Assembly: GCA_963707505.1 (NCBI GenBank)
Contig: CAVPQB010000004.1
Span: 864,001 to 928,000 of the forward strand
Direction: 5' to 3'
Source of the DNA: an uncultured Gemmatimonadales bacterium
GTDB taxonomy: Bacteria > Gemmatimonadota > Gemmatimonadetes > Gemmatimonadales > Gemmatimonadaceae
Length of the DNA stretch: 64,000 bases
Each line of letters starts with the position of its first letter. The first letter of the stretch is position 1. The notes below the pieces were generated by a model. It was not told the DNA's origin, made no database searches, and worked only from the letters and a program-made list of their open reading frames with translations. A program made the translations under genes and the position numbers. This document shows, piece after piece, positions 30,536 through 41,968 of this stretch.

Positions 30536-32390
30536 TTAACGAACCTGTCCACTGCCCGGCGGAGCCACCCTCGGGACCGCGATGGTTGTTCGTCCGTCGC
30601 TCTGCTCGAGACGCGCGCCCTGGCCGCCGAGCAGGCGCTCCGCCAACAGCAGGCTCACAGTCACCGATCGGGACGCGCCGCAACATGAAGTGATCCGTAT
30701 CTCATCCGCGGTGGCGGAAGCGTCGATCGTGACAGTGCTGCCGGGTATGGCATAACGAATGTCGTCGGCCAGTGTAAGGCGGATTGCGTCACGGAGCTGA
30801 GTGAACGCGCCGATCGTGCTGGGCAGGCCAGGCGCAACGTTCACTACGAGCGATACATCGGCGCGAGACGCCTGCGCCAGGAGCTCCGGCTGAAGCGCTC
30901 GCACGATCTCGCCAATTCGTACCACGTCACGCCGCGCGTTCGCGACCGCGCGATCCGCGCCTGCGATGTCACGAAGCGCGCGGAGCTCTTCGGCGATGTT
31001 GTCGAGCGCAGCGGCGGCATCGCGAAGCATCTCCTCCTGGTTGTCGTTGAGCTCGCCGAACTGCGCGGTCAGGAGAATGTGGATCGGTATGCGCGCGTCG
31101 TCGAGCGAGCGCTCGGCGGATGTGGCCGCTGTTGCAAGTGCGGACGTGTAGTCGGCGTCCGATGATATTGGTGTGCTCATGGTGACGATAGGAGTGGTAG
31201 GACGTTCGTTGAAAGCCGCGACGAGAACGTCGAGGTCCTGAGTGTTGTTGATGAGCTTGTCGATCACCGAGCCGCGGCGGAGGTGATCCAGAAAGCTTCG
31301 GCGGGACTGGCCGACGATTGCCAGTGTTACGCTCTTCTCACGTGCGAACTGGCAGATGGCAGCGGCGACGTCGGTACCCTCGAGCTTCACGATTTCCGCA
31401 CCCATGCTCTGCGCAGCCTGAATGTTCTCGACCAGCCGTCGCTGAAGTGCTGAATCGATGCGGTCGCTTCGCTCGCTGGGTGTCTGTACGTACACGCAAT
31501 ACCAGTCCGAGTTGAGACGGCCGGCGATGCGGCTGGCCTTGCGGAGCAGCATTTGCGTGTACGGCGGGTTGCTCGACATCGCGACGAGAATGCGATCTGC
31601 TGTACGGCCGCCATGGCTGTTGGTCCGCGCAGATGGTACACCCCTTGCGGCGATTCCTTCGCGAATACGGTCCACGCTACTCGCCACTTCGCGCAGTGCA
31701 AGCTCGCGCAACGTGGTGAGATTCTCCTCTGTAAAGAAATTTGTGAGTGCGGACTGAATTTTCTCGGGCGCGTAGATCTTGCCTTCCAGCAGATCGCTGC
31801 CGGAGATCCTCGGCGCTTATGTCCAGATTGACGACCTGATCCGCTTTGGCGAGCACCCAGTCCGGCACCGTTTCACGCACCGTCACGCCGAGGGTCTCGC
31901 TGGACGACGTCGTTCAGCGATTCGACGTGTTGTATGTTCACCGCGCTTATGACGCTTATGCCGGCGTCGAGTATGTCCTCGACGTCCTGCCACCGTTTGG
32001 TGTGTCTGACCGCCGGGCACGTTCGTGTGGGCGAGCTCATCGACCAGACGCGACAGCGGGTGCGCGCGCGATCACCGCATCTGCGTCCATTTCTTCGAGT
32101 ACGACGCCGCGATACTCGACGCGCCGGCGCGGAATCACCTCGAGGTTGGCAAGTTGCGCTTCGGTCTCGGCGCGTCCGTGTGACTCGACGAAGGCGGCTA
32201 CGATGTCGATGCCACGTGAGCGAAGCGCGTTACCCTCCTGCAACATTCGGTAGGTCTTGCCGACGCCGGCGAACGAACCGATGTACACCTTGAGCTTCCC
32301 GCGCTCGCGGCTCTCGAGCAGGCGCAGGAAGTCAGCTCGATCCGAGCGCTGCGTCGATGCCCTTCTGTCGCCGTTACTCGGGGCGTTCAT
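30536..32390 (-). CDS. kdpD: Soluble KdpD N-terminal half (KdpD domain + USP) with a degenerate HisKA/HATPase-like tail; indels about 31790-32060
   Basis: GKLKVYIGSFAGVGKTYRML, VESHGRAET, TVRETVPD, LRELALREVA, USP region; no TM segment. Confidence 0.85.
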
Positions 32391-32399
32391 TCTGATTCC

Positions 32400-33819
32400 T
32401 CACATCTTTACGAGAAGCGCCAGGTTGAGACGGGTCTCCGTCTTGCGGAGATCGGGCGACCAGCCCTGTACCATCGATCCGGGCGGCGCCCATATTTCCG
32501 CCGGGCGGCGTGACGCCGCCGGATCCGGCGAAGTACGGCACGTTTGCCGCGCGGTGGTCGAGCTCGAGTCCGGAACGTCGTGAACTCGTCCGGCATGAAA
32601 TCGAGTGTCGCCGATGCGTCCCACGCCTTGAACTTGTCGCCGGGGTTCTCGGTGAAGTAGGGAGTTCCTGAAAATGCAGTTGCACCGTTGATCGGCGGCA
32701 TGAGGACGAGATATCGTCCGGGGTTGTTCATGGCACCGCCGCCTAGCGTCACGCCGATCGTGTTACTCGCAAACCAGGTTCTGTTGTAGAACATGAAGCC
32801 GAGAAAATTCTGCGCCGGCCCGCCTGCGCCGGATGAAGTGCACTGCACGCCGCCACCGCTCTCGCATCCCGCGTCGACTGTGAACGAGAACGCCGCTCTG
32901 TCGAGCTGTCTCGTCGGATGATCGTAGTACTTGACCTGCAGGCTGTTGTCGGTGTGGACACGCATGCGATGAGGGATGCCGAGCCAGTCGTGACCGTAAT
33001 AGCTGTTGGAGAGAACCGAGACGGCACCATTCGGGCGCCACAGCACCTGAAGACCGGCGCCGGGCGTCCCGTTGAACATTCCGTATGACTGCCAGCCGTT
33101 GACGAGCCACGGCTCGATCTTGAGCTTGTCGTTGACGAATATCTGTAGCCGCACGCCGTTGAAGAACCATGGCGTGTTGGACGACACGTAGGACGGCTGG
33201 TACGCCCAGTTATCGTAGTTGTAGTAGCTGAACAGCCCCACGTACGACATGAAGATGCCGGCGTCGAGGTTGACGCCGCTCAGCTTGTTCCAGTGATATC
33301 CGCCGTACGCCTCGGACAGGTAGCGATATGCGTTGGCAAGATCCCACTGGCCGCGTGCAGGGGCTGGCGTCGTTGCGCGGGGTCATCGTGGAATACATTC
33401 CGAACTGCGTCATCAGCCGGCCGCGCGCGTGGCCGCAGTGAAAATCGCCGCCCACGCCGAGCTGCTGCACCTGGAATTCACCCGTGCGGCCGCTCTCCGA
33501 CGTGCCGACGAGCGTGTGATCCTTCGGCTTGTTGAAGTCGCCGATGTAGCTGACGTCGGCGCGGAACTCGCCGGTGAATGCCTTTGTATCGAGCACCGAT
33601 ACGTGCTGTCGACTGTTGCCGTTCAGCCAGGTGAAGTCGGCGAACGCAAACGGCGCAGGCGCGCTGTCAGTGCCGCAGATTGACGTCTCTGTGGCGGTCG
33701 CAGCTGTCCTTGCTTTGAGGATGAATCGGGCAGTTGCGCCGCAACGCTCGCGGGTTCGGCGATGGCGAGGATCAGCACGAACATGGTTGCTTTCACGGGC
33801 GACGGTTCGAGTTGGTCAT
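32400..33819 (-). CDS. Outer-membrane beta-barrel porin-like protein (BBP2/DUF1597-like); several indels
   Basis: ATGA overlap with the kdpC stop; PFAFADFTWLNG, YLSEAYGGYH, AGIFMSYVGLFSYY, WLVNGWQSYG; ends NLALLVKM. Confidence 0.75.
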
Positions 33820-34415
33820 CTTGTGGCCCTGGTGGCAAGAGCGAGTGCTGAATCGAGCGCAAGATTCAGCGAGAGAACGTTTACACGTGGCTCGCCGAAC
33901 AAGCCAAACTGGCGTCCCTGGATGTGTCGGGCGACGATGTCGGCGACTGTCAAGGAATCGACGTTGCGGGCACGCGCGACGCGCGCGATCTGAAGCATCG
34001 CGCTCGCCGGCGAGATGTCAGGATCCAGGCCTGAACCGGATGACGTCACCAGGTCGGCAGGGATTCCACCACGGTGCGCGCCGTCATTTGCAATAATCGA
34101 GTCCACGGCGTTGGCGATGAGCGTATCGGCGAGCTTCCGGTCTGTCGGACCCTTGTTGGTACCACCGCTGGCGAGCGGATCATAGCCGGCCCCCGCTGCT
34201 GATGGACGTGGATGGAAATATTTCGAACCGGAGAAGCGCTGGCCGATGAGCCTGCTTCCGACGATCCGACCGTTTTCGATTATGAGTGAGCCGTTGGCCT
34301 GGTCCGGAAACAGAAGCTGTGCAATTCCGGTCACGAGCATCGGGTATGCGAGGCCGGTGAGAATCATGAGAACGGCCGTCACCGATATGGCGGTCCAAAT
34401 CTGGCGGCGTATCAT
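33816..34415 (-). CDS. kdpC: K+-transporting ATPase subunit C
   Basis: [43 protein letters not shown]. Confidence 0.96.
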   Translation of the reverse strand: MIRRQIWTAISVTAVLMILTGLAYPMLVTGIAQLLFPDQANGSLIIENGRIVGSRLIGQRFSGSKYFHPRPSAAGAGYDPLASGGTNKGPTDRKLADTLIANAVDSIIANDGAHRGGIPADLVTSSGSGLDPDISPASAMLQIARVARARNVDSLTVADIVARHIQGRQFGLFGEPRVNVLSLNLALDSALALATRATR

Positions 34416-36463
34416 GATACGGCTCCAGTAAAGGTGAGGACTACGTCGATGATCTTGATTCCGATGAAAGGCACGATGATGCCTCCTACTCCGTAGATCA
34501 GAATATTACGCCGCAGTATCTGCGCGGCTGACGACGGACGATACTTCACTCCGCGCAACGCGAGAGGTATCAGCGCTACGATTATCAATGCATTGAAGAT
34601 CACCGCGCTCAGGATCGCGGACTGTGACGAGTGCAGACGCATCACGTTGAGCGCGCCGAGCACCGGGAATGCTGTCAGAAAGATTGCCGGGATGATGGCG
34701 AAGTATTTGGCGACGTCGTTCGCAATGGAGAAGGTCGTGAGCGAGCCACGCGTCATCAGCAGTTGCTTACCTATCTCGACTATCTCGATCAGCTTGGTTG
34801 GGTTGGAGTCGAGATCGATCATGTTACCGGCCTCGCGTGCCGCCTGGGTACCGGTATTCATCGCGACACCGACATCGGCCTGCGCCAGAGCTGGTGCGTC
34901 GTTGGTTCCGTCACCCGTCATGGCGACGAGTCGTCCGCCGTTCTGCTCCCGCCTGATGAGCTCGAGCTTGTCCTCGGGCTTTGCCTCGGCGAGAAAGTCG
35001 TCCACACCCGCCTCGCGCGCGATAGCCGCTGCGGTGAGTGGATTGTCGCCGGTGATCATCACCGTTCGGATTCCCATCGCGCGCAGGCGGTCGAAGCGCT
35101 CCTTCATTCCGCCCTTGACGATGTCCTTGAGATATATGGCGCCAAGCACGCGCGGCGGAGCACCGTTGCGCTCCGTCACGACGAGCGGTGTGCCGCCTTC
35201 GCGTGCGATACGTTCGACGATGTCACCGATGTCGCGTGGCATCACGCCTCCAGCGAGCGTCACGTATCGCGCGACCGCATCCGATGCGCCCTTGCGCAGC
35301 TCGCCGTCCGCCAAATCGACGCCGCTCATGCGCGTGGTGGCGGAGAAGGGAACGAAACTCATGTGTTGCTGGGCTCCGACCTCGCGGCCGCGAAGCCCAA
35401 AGCGCTCCTTCGCAAGTACAACTATGCTGCGTCCCTCCGGTGTCTCGTCCGGAAGGGACGCCAGCTGTGCGCGATCGGCCAGGTATTCGAGCGCGACATC
35501 AGATACCGGATAGAGCTCGACCGCCTGTCGATTTCCCAGGGTAATGGTCCCCGTCTTGTCCAGAAGAAGGGTGTCGACGTCTCCCGCCGCTTCGACCGAC
35601 CGGCCACTCATCGCGATCACATTGTGCTGGACCAGCCGATCCATCCCCGCAATACCAATCGATGAGAGCAGGCCGCCGATGGTGGTAGGGATGAGGCATA
35701 CCAGGAGAGCGACAAGCACCGGAACACTTACGGATACGCCGCTGTAGGTCGCAAACGGTGCCAGCGTTACGACTGCCATCAGAAATACGATCGTCAGCCC
35801 GGAAAGCAGCATCGTGAGTGCGATTTCATTGGGCGTCTTCTGTCGCGATGCACCCTCGACGAGCGCGATCATCCTGTCCATGAACGTCTCGCCGGGATTT
35901 GCGGTGATGCGAATCACCAGGTAGTCGGAGAGCACACGCGTGCCACCGGTGACGGCCGATCTGTCGCCGCCGGATTCGCGGATCACTGGTGCAGACTCAC
36001 CAGTGATGGCCGACTCGTCGACCGATGCGACTCCATCGATCACTTCGCCATCGCCGGGAATTACATCGCCAGGCAGACAGAGCACCGCATCGCCCCTGCG
36101 CAGCGCTTCAGCAGAAACCAGATCGATATCGTCACGATTCGCCGGATCCCGGAGTCGTTTCGCCTGCGTTTCATGGCGCGAGCGACGCAACGAGTCGGCT
36201 TGCGCCTTGCCGCGTCCTTCGGCCATGGCTTCGGCGAAGTTTGCGAACAGCACAGTGAACCAGAGCCATACGGCCAGCTGCGCATTGAACCCCACATTCG
36301 CGGGATCGCGCGCAATGGCAATTGTGGCCAGTACGCTGCCGACGAACACGACGAACATCACCGGATTGCGGACCATGTGGCGCGGATGCAGTTTGCGAAA
36401 TGCATCGACAATGGCTGCGCGCGCGATGACAGGGTCGAGCAGTGTTCGTTTGGTCGCGGCCAT
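34412..36463 (-). CDS. kdpB: K+-transporting ATPase subunit B
   Basis: [27 protein letters not shown]. Confidence 0.97.
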   Translation of the reverse strand: MAATKRTLLDPVIARAAIVDAFRKLHPRHMVRNPVMFVVFVGSVLATIAIARDPANVGFNAQLAVWLWFTVLFANFAEAMAEGRGKAQADSLRRSRHETQAKRLRDPANRDDIDLVSAEALRRGDAVLCLPGDVIPGDGEVIDGVASVDESAITGESAPVIRESGGDRSAVTGGTRVLSDYLVIRITANPGETFMDRMIALVEGASRQKTPNEIALTMLLSGLTIVFLMAVVTLAPFATYSGVSVSVPVLVALLVCLIPTTIGGLLSSIGIAGMDRLVQHNVIAMSGRSVEAAGDVDTLLLDKTGTITLGNRQAVELYPVSDVALEYLADRAQLASLPDETPEGRSIVVLAKERFGLRGREVGAQQHMSFVPFSATTRMSGVDLADGELRKGASDAVARYVTLAGGVMPRDIGDIVERIAREGGTPLVVTERNGAPPRVLGAIYLKDIVKGGMKERFDRLRAMGIRTVMITGDNPLTAAAIAREAGVDDFLAEAKPEDKLELIRREQNGGRLVAMTGDGTNDAPALAQADVGVAMNTGTQAAREAGNMIDLDSNPTKLIEIVEIGKQLLMTRGSLTTFSIANDVAKYFAIIPAIFLTAFPVLGALNVMRLHSSQSAILSAVIFNALIIVALIPLALRGVKYRPSSAAQILRRNILIYGVGGIIVPFIGIKIIDVVLTFTGAVS

Positions 36464-38194
36464 TAGAAGAGCTCTCCCGGCGTGCATCAGGAAGTGCTCG
36501 ACGATCGGCCCGAGCGACAATACGGGGAAGAACGTGAGCGCGCCGACGATCAGGATCACGCCGATCAGCAGCATCACAAAGAGCGGCGTGTCCACGGGAA
36601 AGCTGCCGGCCGATTCGGCGCGCGATCTTGCGCTCTGACAGGAAACCCGCGAGCGCCAGTACTGGCACGATCAGCGACGAATCGCCCGACCAGCATCGCG
36701 ATCGCCAAGCGTCGTATTGTAGAAGTAGGTCGAGCCGGTCAGTCCGGCGAACGCACTTCCGTTGTTGGCGAACGTCGAGGTGAATGCGTACAGTATTTCA
36801 CTGAGGCCGTGTGGCCCAATGTTGTTGCGTCCCGCGAGACCGGCCGGAAGCACTGCGGCGATGCCGGTCATTCCGAGCACGACGATCGGCGCCGCGAGCA
36901 CGTACAGCATCACCATGCGCACTTCGCGGCTCTGGATCTTCTTCCCGAGATATTCCGGCGTGCGGCCAACCATCAGGCCGGCGATGAACACAGTCAGGAT
37001 CACCATGCTGAGCATGCCGTACAGACCCGCGCCGACGCCGCCGAAGATGAGCTCACCGAGCTGCATGTTGACGATGGGTACCAATCCGCCGATCGGTGTG
37101 AACGAGTCGTGCATCGCGTTGACGGCGCCGCACGATGCGTCGGTCGTAACCGTCGCGTACAGCGCGGACGCTGCGATGCCGAATCGTACTTCCTTGCCTT
37201 CCATGTTGCCGCCGGACTGAGCCATCCGGCCGGATGCTGCGTGCACGTCGATGCCTTCCGCAGCATGTATCGGATTGCCAGCCGCTTCGAACTTGTAGGT
37301 AACTGCTGTCCCGCCGATGAACATGATGAACATCGCGGCCCAGAGCGCCCATCCATGCTTCTGGTGCTTCACCGCGCGACCGAACCAGTAGGTCAGCGCC
37401 CGCTGGCACGATGAAGATCGCGACCATCTGACAGGAAGTTCGTCCACGGCGTCGGGTTCTCGAATGGGTGCGCCGCGTTGGCGTTGAAGAAGCCGCCGCC
37501 GTTGGTGCCGAGCTGCTTGATTGCTTCCTGACTCGCGACGGGTCCCATTGCCAGCACCTGCTTGGCCCCCTCGATGGTTCCGACAGTCAGATAGGGCTTG
37601 AGATTCTGTAGTACGCCCTGCTGCACGAACAGGAGCGCCAGGACGATGGCGCCGGGAATGAAGATGTAGATCACGCCACGAACCAGATCGGTCCAGAAGT
37701 TCCCGAGATGACCCGCGGACCGACTGGCGATGCCGCGCACGAGCGCCGCGGCGACGCACATTCCCACCGCTGCCGATGCAAAATTGTGAAACGCGAGCTG
37801 CATCATCTGCGACAGGTACGACATCGTCGATCTCACCGGCGTACGATTGCCAGTTCGTATTGGTGGTGAACGATGCGGCCGTCTCGAATGCCTGCCGGTC
37901 CACGACGCCTGGCAAATGTTGCGGATTGAGGGGAAGATGCCCCTGCGCCCGCAATGCGACGTAAGTCACCAGCATCGACACTGCGCTGAACAGCATCATT
38001 GCAATGAGATAGTCCAGCCAGTGCTGATTCTCACTCGGATCGATCCCGCAGACACGGTAGATCACCCGCTCGGCGCGTCCGAGATAGTGCAGTGATCCGT
38101 CGTACACGCGCGTGATATAGATGCCCACCGGCTTCGTGACGAGGAGCACCACGACGCAGAATGCGAGTATCTGAGCCCACCCGTTCCACGTCAT
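36463..38194 (-). CDS. kdpA: K+-transporting ATPase subunit A; several indels
   Basis: [53 protein letters not shown] spread over several frames. Confidence 0.93.
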
Positions 38195-38283
38195 CAGAAC
38201 CTGTCCGGACGAAGCAGCGTATAGAACAGGTAGCACACGAGCACGACGCTTACGATCGCGGCTACCATCGAATCGGCGGTCAC
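38194..38283 (-). CDS. kdpF: KdpF small subunit (29 aa)
   Basis: GGAGG RBS + GTG; MTADSMVAAIVSVVLVCYLFYTLLRPDRF (KdpF YL...L.P..F pattern); stop overlaps the kdpA ATG. Confidence 0.88.
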   Translation of the reverse strand: MTADSMVAAIVSVVLVCYLFYTLLRPDRF

Positions 38284-38396
38284 GGATCCCTCCGGTCCGC
38301 AACGGCGTCGCGCCCCAGCGCTCGGCAGCCATAGCCGTATGCGATCATCAAGGCGAAAAAAACCAACGTCGCCGCTACATAGATTGCGTCTGTCAT
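38280..38396 (-). CDS. 38-aa single-TM peptide upstream of kdpF
   Basis: MTDAIYVAATLVFFALMIAYGYGCRALGRDAVADRRDP*; GTGA overlap with the kdpF start; not in the ORF track. Confidence 0.7.
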   Translation of the reverse strand: MTDAIYVAATLVFFALMIAYGYGCRALGRDAVADRRDP

Positions 38397-38511
38397 GATG
38401 GTGCTTGCCCACCTCTACTCGCTCGCCGTTCAATCCGGGACGGCTCGGACAACTTCACATCGGGACGTTACGCGAGACGCCGTGCAGGGCGCACAATGAG
38501 GCGGGACGGCG

Positions 38512-38530
38512 GTACAAAGATTGTACAAAG
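38512..38530 (-). promoter_or_regulatory. Probable KdpE binding site
   Basis: CTTTGTAC-AAT-CTTTGTAC direct repeat with 11-bp period, like the E. coli TTTA(T/C)A KdpE repeat; lies between the kdp operon and kdpE. Confidence 0.7.
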
Positions 38531-38609
38531 CCGCCGCACGACATGGATCGCGCGTCCGCGGTCGGACCCAGCGGTAGCGTTGGGGCGGCAATACTGTAGA
38601 CTTCATGTC

Positions 38610-39299
38610 GTGCCGCGCTCCGCCGTGATCATCGAGGATGACCCGCCCATTCGACGCGTGCTGCGCCACGCGCTCGAGTCCGACTTCGACCGGGTACTCG
38701 AAGCAGGCGCCGCGGCCGCAGGCATCGATCTCGTCGCGTCGGAGCAGCCTGCGCTGGTGGTGCTCGACCTCGGCCTTCCGGATGCAGAAGGGGTCGACGT
38801 GTGCCGAGAGCTGCGCGCGTGGTGTGTCGCACCGATCCTGATTCTGTCGGCGCGCCATTCCGAATCGGAGAAGGTAAAGCTGCTCGACGCGGGCGCCGAC
38901 GACTACATCACCAAGCCTTTCAGCACGGTGGAGCTTCAGGCCCGCGTGCGCGCGCTGCTACGGCGGGCAAGCGTCGGCAACGCGCCGTCGCTGCGTATCG
39001 AGTTTGGGCCCTACGTCATGGATCTCGCCGGCAGAACTCTCCGGCGCGATGGCGAGATAGTCCACCTTACTCCCATCGAATGGGAATTATTGCGGACGCT
39101 CGCTGTAAATGCGGGACGCACTCTCACTCATACTCAACTCTTCGGGGCGGTCTGGGCGGGACGACGGTATGGTGACGCGCAGCAATACCTGCGCACGCAT
39201 ATCGCCAACCTGCGACGCAAGATTGAAGAGGATGTGCTGGACCCGCATTATGTAGTCACCGAGCCAGGAATCGGATACCGCTTTGCCGGTGCGTCATGA
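38610..39299 (+). CDS. kdpE: OmpR-family response regulator KdpE
   Basis: IIEDD, LDLGLPD, GADDYITKPF, HLTPIE, TEPGIGYRF; start uncertain. Confidence 0.9.
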   Translation: MPRSAVIIEDDPPIRRVLRHALESDFDRVLEAGAAAAGIDLVASEQPALVVLDLGLPDAEGVDVCRELRAWCVAPILILSARHSESEKVKLLDAGADDYITKPFSTVELQARVRALLRRASVGNAPSLRIEFGPYVMDLAGRTLRRDGEIVHLTPIEWELLRTLAVNAGRTLTHTQLFGAVWAGRRYGDAQQYLRTHIANLRRKIEEDVLDPHYVVTEPGIGYRFAGAS

Positions 39300-39355
39300 T
39301 GGAACGTCATGATGGGAACGTCATGATGGGAACGTCATGATGGGAATGTCATGAA
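39292..39355 (+). repeat. 14-bp tandem repeat, about 4.6 copies of CGTCATGATGGGAA
   Basis: Copies start at 39292 (13 bp), 39305, 39319, 39333, with a partial copy at 39347. Confidence 0.95.
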
Positions 39356-40376
39356 TCGTCGCGCCATGATTATGTGGACAGTGTGGACGCTTTCTCTGCT
39401 TGCGGTCACACTGCTTCTGCTCACGTTCCGCTCGCATCTGGACAAGGCCCATGTCATCCTCGTCTTTCTCCTCGTGATACTCGGCGCAAGCGCTGCGGGA
39501 GGACGAGCGCTCGGCGTGGTATTGTCGCTTGTCGCGTTTGTAATCTTCGATCTCGTGTTCCTGCCCCCGTACGGCACACTGGTCGTTCGGAATCCGCTCG
39601 ACTGGCTCGCGCTCGTGGCGTTTCTTGTAACCAGCCTCGTAGCCGCGCAGCTCCTGTACATGGCTCGAGCGCAGCGCGCGGCGGTCGAGCGAGAGGTTGC
39701 AGCGCGCGAGGGAGAGCGACTCAAGGACGCGTTGCTTGCCGCGGTCTCACACGATCTGCGGACGCCTCTCACATCGATCAAGGGTCTCGCGCACGAGCTG
39801 TCGCAGGATGGGGACGAGCGTGCGGCGATAATCGAGGAGGAAGCTGACCGGTTGAATCGCCTGGTTACCGACCTGCTCGATGCCGCCCGAATGAGTGCTG
39901 GCAATTTTCCGGTTGCTCCCCAGCCGAATGCGCTCGACGATCTACTTGGCGTCGTAGTGCGTCAGTTCGCCGGCCGGGCAGACAGGAATCGCCTTGACGT
40001 CTCGCTGGATCGTCCTGATGAGCTCGTCATTGGAATGTTCGACTTCGTGCAGACGCTGCGAATCGTGACGAACCTCGTCGAGAACGCTCTCAAATACTCA
40101 CCAGTGGATGCGCACGTCCAGCTTTCTGGAGGCGCGGAGGGCGGGCAAATGGTGGTCCGCATTTCCGACCGCGGGCCGGGCATCGCTGAACATGGAGAAT
40201 CACGCGCTCTCGACACAGCCTACGGAGACACGCGGAGCGTTTCTGCCGGACTGGGACTTTCAATAGCGCGCGGTCTTGCCGCGGCGCAGCGCGGTAGCGT
40301 GGAGTACGAGTATCGCGCAGGCGGCGGAAGTGTGTTCACTCTCATCCTGCCGCTCGCACAGCAGATCGCCTTGTAA
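39351..40376 (+). CDS. KdpD C-terminal half: DUF4118 4-TM sensor + HisKA + HATPase
   Basis: FD.VFLPPYGTL.V, AVSHDLRTPL, NLVENALKY, DRGPG, GLGL. Confidence 0.9.
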   Translation: MNRRAMIMWTVWTLSLLAVTLLLLTFRSHLDKAHVILVFLLVILGASAAGGRALGVVLSLVAFVIFDLVFLPPYGTLVVRNPLDWLALVAFLVTSLVAAQLLYMARAQRAAVEREVAAREGERLKDALLAAVSHDLRTPLTSIKGLAHELSQDGDERAAIIEEEADRLNRLVTDLLDAARMSAGNFPVAPQPNALDDLLGVVVRQFAGRADRNRLDVSLDRPDELVIGMFDFVQTLRIVTNLVENALKYSPVDAHVQLSGGAEGGQMVVRISDRGPGIAEHGESRALDTAYGDTRSVSAGLGLSIARGLAAAQRGSVEYEYRAGGGSVFTLILPLAQQIAL

Positions 40377-40387
40377 CCACCGTGTAG

Positions 40388-41968
40388 CTACGGCGACGGA
40401 TGATTCTCGCGACCGCCATCGCCATGCATTATCCCGTTTCGCACTGTTACTGCTTTCGCGGAGGCATTCGGCGTCTCCGTCACTCTCACCCGTCCTTTCG
40501 CGCCGTCACGCACTGCGCGCAGACCTGCTAGCGCAAGCACGGCGTCGACCGGCATGGGTTCGCGTCCGTCGATGTAGCGCCGCCTGAAATCATCGAATGA
40601 CTTGCCGCCGCTCGCGCGACTGACTTCCGACCACCAATCGGAGCTCGTGAAGCCCTTTCCCTGCTTGTATGTGTTGTTGTACAAGTTGCGCATTACGGTA
40701 TCGAGCGAGTTCCTGTTGCTGCTCGCGTCGCGGATCATGATGTCGAGGAGAAACCCAGCCAGGCCGCCCTTTGGATAATAGATTCCGTCCATGCTGTTGG
40801 TCGGATTCACCCACACAGATAGCGATGCGTCGCTGAGCGACACCGCGCCCGCGTGATCGGTAGCCATGATTTCGTTGGCAATCGCGTTGTAGAATCCCGT
40901 GCTGTCCGTAATCCCGCCGCGCACCAGTGCCACATTGGCGTAGTAATCGGTTATTCCTTCGCTCACCCAGAGCCACGTGGTCGGCTGGGCGTCGCCGTAG
41001 CTGTACGGGACCATATCCGCCGGCCGGAGGCGCTTCACATTCCACGAGTGGAAGAATTCGTGCGAAAACAGGCTCGCCGGAGTCTCTTCGAGACGCGCAA
41101 GCGGTATCTCATCCATCTGGGAGTTCTGGTGCTCCAGTCCGCCAGCGTTGACGACGGTATCCGCTACGAAGAAGATCGTGTAGTTCCTGAACTCGACATC
41201 CCGGAACACAGCCATCTCGGCCGGAACGAACCTGTCCACCCATCCGAGAAAACGTTCGCGCCGCGCGGGCGTCATCACCGTATCGGGGTACATCGCCAGC
41301 CTTATCCAGTGATTCTGAACGTTGGTGCTGTCGATGGCGAAGCGACCCACGAAGAACGGCATGTCGACCAGGTCGTGATACCGTGTGGCGGAAAAGGTGT
41401 TGGGTTGGGTCGACGGTGTCATCCCGGTTGCGACACGCCACGACGGCTCGGTGTGAACGGTTACGCTCGCCCCCCATTCGAGGCTACGACCTGCTGGATA
41501 CATGAACAGGTTGGTCCCGTTGAAGAACGAAAAATTCGGTTTCGTCCACGCAACCGCACGATCGATCGTGTCGGCCAGATATTTGAATGATACCCGAATC
41601 GCACCCGGCGCCCTGGGGATGATCTCCCACGTCTGGTAGTCGACCATGTGCCACTCCAGTGCGGAGCCGTTCGACTCCGCGTTGAAGTTCGAGACTCGGC
41701 GCGCGAACCAGAGCAACGTGTAGTGACCCGGCGACCACGCTGGAAGCGCGAGCACCACGGGCTTCGTACTGCTGGCGCGGAACGTCATGGCGACGCCGAG
41801 CTCGTGGCTTCCAACGGATGCCGAGTCAGCGGTTACGTCGTAGTGGACGGCCGAGATCGGCGCCGAAACCAGTCTGGTCTGTGACTGGAGCGTCGTCGCA
41901 GGAACTGCGGCAAGTGTGCAGGCAGTGGCGATACCGAGGCCACGCCAGTTGGCACGAAGCAGGGACAC
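40388..41968 (-). CDS. Secreted M61 family (glycyl) aminopeptidase
   Basis: GGAGG RBS + GTG, signal peptide, GGLEH, HEFFHSWN.KRLRP, LWVSEG.TDYY. Confidence 0.9.
   Translation of the reverse strand: MSLLRANWRGLGIATACTLAAVPATTLQSQTRLVSAPISAVHYDVTADSASVGSHELGVAMTFRASSTKPVVLALPAWSPGHYTLLWFARRVSNFNAESNGSALEWHMVDYQTWEIIPRAPGAIRVSFKYLADTIDRAVAWTKPNFSFFNGTNLFMYPAGRSLEWGASVTVHTEPSWRVATGMTPSTQPNTFSATRYHDLVDMPFFVGRFAIDSTNVQNHWIRLAMYPDTVMTPARRERFLGWVDRFVPAEMAVFRDVEFRNYTIFFVADTVVNAGGLEHQNSQMDEIPLARLEETPASLFSHEFFHSWNVKRLRPADMVPYSYGDAQPTTWLWVSEGITDYYANVALVRGGITDSTGFYNAIANEIMATDHAGAVSLSDASLSVWVNPTNSMDGIYYPKGGLAGFLLDIMIRDASSNRNSLDTVMRNLYNNTYKQGKGFTSSDWWSEVSRASGGKSFDDFRRRYIDGREPMPVDAVLALAGLRAVRDGAKGRVRVTETPNASAKAVTVRNGIMHGDGGRENHPSP

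Noticed and set aside
36440..36600. Apparent in-frame KdpA-KdpB fusion (ORF 34412..36595)
   Set aside because: A TAATG stop/start overlap sits exactly at the kdpB ATG; removing one base restores a normal kdpA end. The region is indel-rich, so this is probably an artefact.
39292..39355. CRISPR array
   Set aside because: The units are 14 bp, contiguous and have no spacers; no cas genes are present.
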